NCBI RefSeq assembly: GCF_964355755.1
Contig: NC_092676.1
Span: forward strand, 20,044,871 to 20,108,870
Direction of reading: 5' to 3'
Source of the DNA: Antedon mediterranea
Lineage: Eukaryota > Animalia > Echinodermata
Length of the DNA stretch: 64,000 nt
Made by a program: the position numbers and the translations under genes. The notes under the pieces were generated by a model. The model made no database searches and had not been told where the DNA came from. It saw nothing but the letters and a program-made list of their open reading frames with translations. Below are positions 26,324 to 36,750 of this stretch, piece after piece; within the stretch, counting starts at the first letter, position 1; each line of letters starts with the position of its first letter.

Positions 26324-29300
26324 ATGTTTCAAAATATAACTGGGTCAGTTCAAAGGTTCTTGAGGTATAGCCTTTTGTCCAGACAACATATCAGACAAGT
26401 CTCTATCACCCAGCATTCCAGCACTAATCAAACAGAATTACCAGATTTCAAAACGAGTGTTGACGTTCATGAACACAAATTGGAAAGACCAAAAAGACCC
26501 GCTCCAAGGATTTCAAAAGAAGAGTTAAAAATACTGGAAAAAGATACAAAAGTATATTATTTTATTTACAAATAAATATAAAATATATAGTTGATTCAAG
26601 GTGATTTCTGATTGGTCAAAAGTTTTTATTATGCTTACAAATAGTAAAAAGAATCAGAATGTGAATTTCTTCCAGAGGTCCCAATTTGAAAAAAAAATAT
26701 ATCAATATCAAGAAAACTTATTAAAGCAAGAGAGGCTCATCTTTTTCTCTTTAAAGTAAAATCATTATAAAACTATGAGGTCGCTATTAAAAAAATGTTT
26801 ATTTATAGAACAATGTGCTTTTCAGATGTATCAAATGCAGAAAATGTGTTGAGGAAATGCATTTTTTTTTCGCCTTCTACTGTAGAGCTTGGAGGAGAAC
26901 CCAAATAATACTTCTTGTGACCAGAAGTCAAACGTCTATACACACTGTGTCACATACAGAATAACCACCGTATAAACTCGGGTCTAATCCCACTTCTGGT
27001 CTAATCCCACTTCTGGTCTAATCCCACTTCTGGTCTAATCTCTTTCTACTATGTCTGATTTCACATACAGGCATATATCCCTGGGTATAGTCCCCATATT
27101 GATGTTTGGTCTGGATATAGTCCTCTCTCTAGCCAGTTCAGATGAGTTTCTACAAGAAATTTTTACTAAAATCATTTTTTTTTTCAGAACAAGGCTTTCC
27201 CGGGTATAGTCCCACCTACCAAAGTCGGCCCAATTTTGTGTTCTAGTGGGGTGGGATTATACCAGGGATATACAATATATGATTTTGTGTTCTAGTGGGG
27301 TGGGATTATACCAGGGATATACAATATATGATTTTGTGTTCTAGTGGGGTGGGATTATACCAGGGATATACAATATATGATTTTGTGTTCTAGTGGGGTG
27401 GGATTATACCAGGGATATACAATATATGATTTTGTGTTCTAGTGGGGTGGGATTATACCAGGGATATACAATATATGATTTTGTGTTCTAGTGGGGTGGG
27501 ATTATACCAGGGATATACCATATATGATTTTGTGTTCTAGTGGGGTGGAATTATACCAGGGGATATACAATATATGATTTTTATGTATTTGTATTAATAT
27601 TATACATTATTTCTTCTTTTAGGGATCTTTAATTCCAGAAACGTTAAAGGAGATGCAGAATGATAAAGAATTTAAAATCAATATGGAAAACATAAAAAAA
27701 TATGGTCAGAAGAAACTTACTAGAGAGGAACGTAAAAAACGGCAGCGTGCATTGAATGATATTGGTATTCCCAGTTTCCGGGATTTTATTAAAACAACAT
27801 CAAAGAGTGAAGATAAAGGTATTCAAGGGAGACCTATGATTTTGTTTAATCAGAAAAAATGTCAAGAATAGGGAAATTGGATCTGACAATTTAAACTTCA
27901 GCTCACTGTTTGCCTTCTTCTCTAAAGTTCTGTCTACACTGTCAAAACAGTTTGACAAAAAGTGTGATGTGCCCAAATATGGTAGTGATATTGTAATATA
28001 ATGTTGCGTGTTGTTGAGGTACTAATGAAGGACTCTGACTCGCTTGACTGTCGTAACACATATATTATTTATTCAGTATAATACTTCAGTACAATATACA
28101 ACTATAAGTATAGATAAGGAACGGACAATCAATGATGCTGTCAGTGAGGTGTGAAGTGTGTAGGTCTGCTTCTGGAGAAGTGGCTGTATGGTGTGTCTGG
28201 GCCCTTCTGAAACTTGGGAGTATATTGGCTCAGTTCATTTGCATAATGTCATTACATCATCTGTGAGGGTAACGATTGGTCCTAAGTTGATCCAGGGGTG
28301 TTTAAGTGGGAGTGATTAACGGTATAATAAGGTATTTCTGTGATGGATGACACTGTCAAATCTGTACTTAAATAGTGTCGATCACTCCTGGTTTTAACGA
28401 TGGGAAAGTCACAAAATTAAGCTAAGTGTTTTCTTTAGGGATTCTATTATAAACTAAATGGTCATTAAAACATCTGGACAAACTCTCCTTCGGACTTTCT
28501 GGGTCAAGTTTGTGAACCTATCTGAATTCCGATACAAAGGTCAATTTCTTAAATATAAAAGTATATCTTTATATTACATCCCTCTGTTTCCCTTTTTTTT
28601 TTTTTTTTTAATCTATTTAACATATAAAAATGGTTATAATAGTGGCATGCAAAATTAAAGTTATATAAAAGAAAAAAAACATTATTATACATATATGCAA
28701 AAATTGAGTTAGCCAAAACCATTGACTCTGAAGTGTAACCTTATCACTTTCACTCTCTCTCTTCTCTCTCTTAAAAAAATGAAATTAAAAATGAATTTGG
28801 TATAAAATTCGCGTAAATCAAACATAAATCAGTTAAAATAAAATTACAAAACTTAAAAATATTATGTTACATTGAACATACATCAAATCGTGCGACAACT
28901 CATCGCGTTCTAATGGTCTTCAAACATAAATCATCAAATTAAAATATAAAACTCAAGAAACTGTGGCTGATTAGCCTAAAATCAAAATATCAAACTTAAT
29001 CACTTAAAACTTTAAAGAAACAAATGTGTGTGTCCCGTTGACACAAACTTATCCACAATATATCGTTATCGTCACAACTTTATCGATTTAAGCATTTATA
29101 TTTACAGGTAATTACGATTTCAATCGGTCGACAAATTCGACTTTTGTACTCAATTTAAAAAATATTAAAATTAAAAGTACTAAGAAAATCTCCTGTTATT
29201 GTATATCAATTAATTAATGCTTGAGATTAACGACTCAAAGGTTCAACAAAATATTTGTTACAAAATGATTGTCGTTCTTTTCAATATCTCAATATATCGA

Positions 29301-32300
29301 TCATTCAAAATTCAAAATTAATCATTATCAAACTCGTTACAAAATCGATACTTAATCATAATTTCAATTCTCTTTTAACTGAAATCACATCATTACTAAA
29401 CAAATCTCATCAAATACGTAGACTATGCTATCAATAATTTAGCAAATGTCGTAATTTAAAAATAATCTTGCAAAAAATTAAATCAGTAACTTGTTGCATT
29501 ATACAAACGTTTTATGAATCGTTTTGGCGATCCACTTATCGGTATCTGTTTATCTTTAATGATCTCTTTAATTAATTTATCTGTATCGTTATATCTGTCA
29601 ATATTCCACCAAAATTTGCGATCATTAGATTCGTGTTTTGTTTTATCGGTGTTACGTTTGGCTGAAGTCGGTTTAGAATATGAAACTAAAACTTGGAAAT
29701 GTCCTGCTTTAAATCTACCTCGGTTTAATGTCATATTTGAATCATTAGGTGCTGTCATAATTAAATTAGTTTGTTCCTTTATTTGTTCTTCTTTCATTTG
29801 GAATGGGGCTGCTAATCCCATGTTATTCTCTACACAGTCAATGTAAGGTTGCAAGTTAAGGGGTTCTACTTTAGTTGGATGTGTAAGGGTATCTGATTGC
29901 AATTGGGCTGGTGTCCTATCATGTTCGTCGATAAATTCAACATTGGTTTCGTCATTTACTACATTAATGGTGTTTTGGATTTTATCGTTATTATCATCGG
30001 TGGGTTCATTCAACAATTGTTTCAGTTTTTGGAGATGTGTAAAATTTTTGCGTTCTTTAGGCGTTCTCATAAAACAGGGTTTCAGTCTGTTATAATTGAA
30101 TACGTCGCGAAGTATTTCTCCTTTAATCGTCGCTAGGATGTAGTGTGTTCTGTCTAGTACTTCATGAATTACTAATGGTCCGACCCATTCTGCGGCGATT
30201 TTCTTTGAATTTGCTGTTAGTGATGATGATGTTGGCTTGTATAGATGTACGAGTTGTCCTACTGAGTAAATTGGACTTTTTTCTAAGCGTTGGGAAATCT
30301 TTGAGTTTTGGACGTTTTGTTGTGTTCGCTGTAATTGTAGCATTGTCTGTGAAATGTTTTGAAATTTCTTCTTGAGATGTTCAAAGTATTCTTCATAGGA
30401 ATGAGACAATCCTGAAATAGGGTTAAATGCTAATGAGGTCAAACTTGGAGGTTGGCGGCCAAAAACTAATTCGTAAGGGGAGTGGTTTCCTAGATGTGGG
30501 GATGTAAACGAGTTATAAGCATAACATGTTGTTGATACAAATCTAACCCAATCTGTTCCGAATTGGTTAAGGTTGACCTTTAACAGGTCCGATACGGTGC
30601 GGATATGACGTTCAACTTGTAAACTACCGTGATTGTGGACGCTGATGATTTTCCTATCAATATTAAGGGTGTTACATAATAGTGTTAATAATTTTCCTGT
30701 AAGGGAGGTTGCTGCATCTGAAATAAGACGAGATGGGGGTCCAAAAATACTGATGACCTTTTGAATTAGTGCTTCACAAATTGTTTCGGCATCAATGGAT
30801 TTCAAAGGTACACAAATCAAAAATCTAGTTATCTCATCACATACTACCATAATATGTTTAAAACCTGAAGGTGAAGTTGGCATACTCTTAAAATCTAGAC
30901 TGAGTGTATGAAAGGGACGGTAAGTTGCTGGTACTCGATCGTGTAAAGGACGTAATTTATCGGTTTTGGGACGAAATTGTTGACATCTAAGACACGCTTG
31001 GGTATAATTGTTGACTTTCTCGAACATAAGGGGCATGTAAAATAATTTCCTAATAGTAAGGTAAGTACGCATCGTACCTTGGTGGCTACTTAACAAATTG
31101 TCGTGATACTGAGAAATAATAGTCTCTGCTAAGTTTTCAGGAACAGCTAATTGCAATACAAATTCTCCACCTTTATCTTGGAAAAATAAACGGAATAGTA
31201 AACCGTTGCACAATATGTACTGCTCTGACTTATTCTGAACTGCACGAGCTGCTTTCTTATCAGCTGGAAGGATATCATGAGCTAAATAATCGTAAACTGG
31301 CTTAAAAAATGGTGAAGTTTCTTGTTCAACACGAAATTGTTTAACATCTACTGGGAGGTTATAATCTCTAATTATCTTTCTTTGAATAACATCCATTAAT
31401 CTATCTAAGTCTTGTTGTTTTGGGATGTGTGCTGACTTAAATTCAGTTATGTTTGGTACTAGTGGTTTGGGCGATGTATACAATTCAACTGGTACATTTC
31501 GATGTGTAGTGTCTTTGCTTTGTTTATTTTTGTCTACTAATCGTTCCTCTGGAGGTTGTCGAATGTTTACATTACGTATTGGGGGTGGCGTTACGATAGG
31601 TGGCGTTATGATAGGCGGTGATCGATGTGCGTTTGTTTGTTGTCTCGTGATTATTTGTGGTGTAGCGGTAGGTTGAGGTGTAGGTCGCGTGTTTGTTGTC
31701 ACTGGATTTTGATTAATGACAGGCGTTTGTTTGGGTTTGGGTTTATGTAGGTCAGGTATATTTATTCCCATTTTCTTGGCGTATGACCTTGTTACTGGTC
31801 TGCTAGTAAATGTGTTTGTAATCGGGTTAAGAGATTCAGTCTCTGTAATATTAAATGCAATGGGTACAACTTGATCAATTTCGGAATCGTCATCACGAGG
31901 GGCTCGGGAGAGAAAATCTGCTAAAACTAATTCAGTTCCTTTCTTATAACCAATTTGGAAAATGTATCCGGACAATCGTAATATTAGTTTCTGTAAACGG
32001 GGTGTACATGGCTGATCTTTTGAATTCCAAATTTGTACAATTGCTGAGTGGTCTACGAATGCATCAAATTCGCAACCCTTTAGTAAGTGTCGAAATGCTG
32101 AAACGTTAATGTAAAGTCCAAATAACTCTAATTCTGTGACGCTATATCGTTGACAGGCTTGTGGTAAGATTTTGGAATAATAACCTATTATGTGTTCTTT
32201 ACCGTTTACTGTTTGTGTTAAATATGAACCTGTTGCGGTTCTTGAAGTGTCGCTATATAGCGTAAATCTACCTTCTTTTCTAGGCATTTGAAGAGTTGGT

Positions 32301-35300
32301 GGTTTAACCATTAATTGTTTAATTTCGTCAAATGCTTTCTGGTGGTCAGTAGACCAACAAAATTTTCGGCGTTTGCTTGCGAGTGTGTGTAACGGACGTA
32401 AAATTGATTGTATTTGAGGGAAAAAATGGGATACATAATTTACTGCACCAATAAATCGTTTAGTTTCTTTATGGGTTCGTGGGACTGGCAAATTTCGGAT
32501 AGCTGCACACCTGTCGCCTAATGGTGTGATACATGCGTGTCCTGAAGAATTAATCAGGATGGTGTGTCCCATATATTGCACTTTATTCTTGAATAACTTA
32601 CATTTCTTTGGACAAATTCTAAAACCATTTAATTGTAGGGCTTGTAAAACGGAAACGAGGTGCTGCTTATGAGCAAATTTGTCTTGGCTAAATAAAATAA
32701 TATCATCATGATGGGCGATACAGAATTCTCTAGAATTTGGGATTTCATTTAAAATTTCGTCAATCTTTGCTTGAAATATACCTGGTGAAACGTTTAATCC
32801 TTGTGCTAATCTCTTATAAAAATAATGTTTTCCACCATGATATGAAGCTATACCTGTATATTGTTGGGCATGTTCGGCTAATGGTACACAGTGGAACGCT
32901 GATTTCAAATCAATTACGCTAAGAATCTGTGCATTAGCGTTACCTATTGTTTTCAAAGTTTCGGCCAATAATGGGAATGGGTGATTAATACGTTTTATCC
33001 TGGAATTGAGATAGCGGAAGTCTGTGACAACTCTTTTATCTTTTGAATTTTTCTTTGAAACAAGAAGGACGGGGGAAGTATACGATTGGTGTCCTACTGC
33101 TAAGATTCCTAGTTTGACTAATTTGTTCAATTCGGCCTCAATGACATGTTTGTCTTTGTCTGTCGCGAAGTATGGGCGAATAAAAAATGGTTCATCGTTA
33201 GAGAGGTGTATGTCAGCTTTGAAGTTTGGGCAGCTAGATAGTTCACCATAAAGTGAAAATGCGTTTCTGTTTTGTTGTAAGGTTTTATACAAATCTTCTT
33301 TTTCTCTATGTGTTAAAACGCTGTCTGTTAAATCAACTTGTTTCCTAATTATTTCTTCCTCGGTTAAAGTTAGCAATGGGTCTGTACGTTCTAAATGTGG
33401 GTACTTGTTTGCGTTGTCATTGGTCAACTTTATTCTATCTATTGGTAGGTCATTAGTAACTGTGACAAGGTTGGTTAAGTGAAGGCTCGCGATAGGTTGA
33501 TGTGTATTTAGAGATACGTTTCTGTTTGTGTTGTTAGTGATATCAATGTTGGTTTCTCCTCTGTGTAATTTTACTAACATGTCTGATGGACAAAGTTTTG
33601 AAATATGGGTGGTTGCATGTAGAACAACATCAGAATTGCGTACAAAGGCGGGAACCCTTCCTTTTAATTTAACTGTTTTAGTATCACCGGGTTTAAGAAA
33701 AATCTTGTGTACTGGACGAAAGCTAAAAATCTTTGGTCTAATGCGAAATGTGTTTTCCTTAAAATTTAAAGTACCGTCGAGTTCAGACAATGTTTCGGTT
33801 CCAAGTATCAGGTCGATACCTGTCAAATTTTTAACGATTAATGCTGAAATTTTAAATTTGTGTCCTTGGATAAATAATTCGAATTGCACTAAGTGGTTGG
33901 CATATAAGAAGTCACCGTTGCCTAATCGAAATTTAGTTGTGTTCACTTTAACTGGCTTTAAACGCGATAAATAAAGTGAGGAATTAACGTACGATTGTGA
34001 GATTATAGTTCTAGTTGAACCACTGTCAAATAAAGTTAAAACATTTCTACCATCTGGTAAATTTCCTTTAACGTAATTTCTGTCGTTAAGTAACAAATCA
34101 ATATTATCTGAATTTCCTAAGTATTTTGCCTTAAAATTGTCGTATTTAGTATGGGGGGCCAGATTATAGGCGGCATCTAGTCCCCTTTTTAAAAATCCTG
34201 CTGGTGGCTAGGGTAGTAATTGTTTGACTGTTGGTATGGGCATGGCGGGGGATAGTTTCCGTAAGAGCGGTTTTGTTGTCGGCAGTGCCTTGCTATGTGG
34301 CCTGGTTTCCCGCAGTAATAACAGGTTGGGGGAGGTTGTCTATATCTTGGGGTCGGTGGGGTCTGGAATCGGGGCTTGTATGGGCTTGGGCTTCGGTTTC
34401 GTCTTGGGATATAATTTCGGGTGGGGGAACGTGAGCGTCGAGTATCATCATTAAGGGATCGTTTTGTTGTGGCCATGTCTAACTTGAGAGAATTTATCTC
34501 ATGTTGGAGCGATTCGAGACTATTAGGCCTATCTGTTTCCTTATTGATATTGAATGAAACTTCCCGTGTGGCATCATCTACGGAAAGGTCAAGGTAATTT
34601 TGTGTGCTATTTACAATATTTTCAATAGTGGCATCGATTGGGGTGGACATGGCTACAGCTGCTCTACATTTTGGTGGAAGGGTCGAAATAAATTTATTCT
34701 TTATCTGCTGGTCAGCGTATCCAATTCTGTCTGCGGCTTGTTTGATTTTGGTTAAGTGCTTTTCGGCGTTGTCGCCAGTGGTGTATGTAATTGAATCGTA
34801 TTCTCTTATGTGCGCATAGATTGATTTGTTTTTACTAAACCTGTTGATGAATTGGGTTTTTAAGGATTCTAGTGAATCAAACTGCTTTCCCTCAATCCAG
34901 AGTCTAGCTTGGCCCTGAAGGCTACGTTTAAAAATACTTATTACATTAATTAATTGGGCATTGTTTACAGGGTTTCCTAACGTGTGGGCCTCAAGGTAGT
35001 CGGTAAACGATAAGTAATGTGCACTACATTGGTCGTGATCGGTTATGGAACCGTCATATCTTTTGGGAAGGAAATCGGTTTGTCTTAGGTGGGGCACGGG
35101 GTGAGGATTGACGGGCTCATTTAAAATTACTTCGTTATCAACAACGTCGACCATACTTTATAATATTAATTAATCAAAATATCAAAACAATTTAGTGTAT
35201 ATGTAAACTCTCACTTTTTCAATCAAGGTTACAAATCAAAAATCAAAATGGTTTCGACTTACCCCAAATGCTTCGGATCCAATTAAAATGAATTAAAGGA

Positions 35301-36719
35301 ATGCAAAAGTGTTCAAAATTGTTTAAATGTTCAAACAACGAATTAAAGAAATGTTAAAGGTGCTCATCAATGTTCAAATTTTCAAACAACGAATTAAAAA
35401 ATGCGAAAGGTGTTCATCAATGTTCAAAAAAGTAAATTTAAAAAAAACGATCGAAAAAAAAACGGCGTGAAGTTGAAAGTCTCTAAACGAAACAGTTCTT
35501 GTCCGCTTGCTTCTGTTTTGATTCTTCTTGGGTCTTCCTCGATTATCTTCTTTGTCTTTATCCAATGGTTATAATTTCATAAAATTTCTGCTTGTCTCGA
35601 TTTCATTCAAATATAATTTCAGCTTGTCTTTTGTGTCTTCCTCGATTATCTTTTTTGTCTTCATCCAATGGTAATAATTTGATCAAATTTCTGCTTGTCT
35701 CGATCTCATTCAAATATAATTTCAGCTTGTCTTTTGAGTCAAAGTAAATTTCTCTCCTTTCAAACAAATATGGTTATTTTTGTCTTCGTCTTCGTCTTCG
35801 TGTCTTGTTAAGTGTTTATTTCTTGTTTTCTCACTCCGTTCCTTATGAAATTTGGGTCTTCCACCATGTAATATAGTGTTGCGTTGTTGAGGTACTAATG
35901 AAAGACTCTTACTCGCTTGACTGTCGTAACACATATATTATTTATTCAGTATAATACTTCAGTACAATATACAACTATAAGTATAGATGAGGAACGCGGA
36001 GGATCAATGATGCTGTCAGTGAGGTGTGAAGTGTGTTAGTCTGCTGTGAGGTGTGTGCTCCGTGAGGTGGCTGTAAGGTGTGTCTGGGCCCTTCTGAAAC
36101 TTGGGAGTATATTGGCTCAGTTCATTTGCATAATGTCATTACATCATCTGTGAGGGTAACGATTGGTCCTAAGTTGATCCAGGGGTGTTTAAGTGGGAGT
36201 GATTAACGGTATAATAAGGTATTTCTGTGATGGATGACACTGTCAAATCTGTACTTAAATAGTGTCGATCACTCCTGGTTTTAACGATGGGAAAGTCACA
36301 AAATTAAGCTAAGTGTTTTCTTTAGGGATTCTATTATAAACTAAATGGTCATTAAAACATCTGGACAAACTCTCCTTCGGACTTTCTGGGTCAAGTTTGT
36401 GAACCTATCTGAATTCCGATACAAAGGTCAATTTCTTAAATATAAAAGTATATCTTTATATTACAATATACCCAAATATGGTAGTGATATGACATCATAA
36501 TGTCAATATATGGGCACATCACATTTTTTGTCACATAAAGTTTGATAGTGTAGACAGAGCTTAAGTTACACCCATTAGCCCTGATGAAAGTATAATATTT
36601 AGAGATTAGCGCTTCTTTCTGTGGGTGTTTACCATTTTTATTTAGATTTATTATTATTTTACTTGTATCTCCATTGGGATCCAACCACTGATACTCACAC
36701 AGCATCTGTCATTTTCAAT

Positions 36720-36750
<31 letters not shown>

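Larger units (their letters stand above)
27992..36465 (-). mobile_element. Full-length Ty3/Gypsy LTR retrotransposon (8474 bp), antisense in arsS-like intron 2, nested in a MITE
   Basis: Two LTRs with TGTAATATA...TATATTACA ends; 4-bp TSD ATAT (27988-27991, 36466-36469); PBS and PPT present; intact gag and pol in PR-RT-RH-IN order. The flanks are the two halves of one ~150-bp MITE. Confidence 0.97.

Noticed and set aside
27234-27577. Regular array as a possible CRISPR
   Set aside because: Units are contiguous with no unique spacers, there are no cas genes, and the context is eukaryotic; it is a minisatellite.
28593-29482. Possible env or small fusogen ORF downstream of pol
   Set aside because: Minus strand is dense with stops and has no ORF of 60 aa or more; a very short or spliced ORF cannot be excluded.
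29514-34819. Multiple plus-strand ORFs overlapping gag/pol
   Set aside because: Antisense shadows of the long coding frames, with no recognisable motifs.
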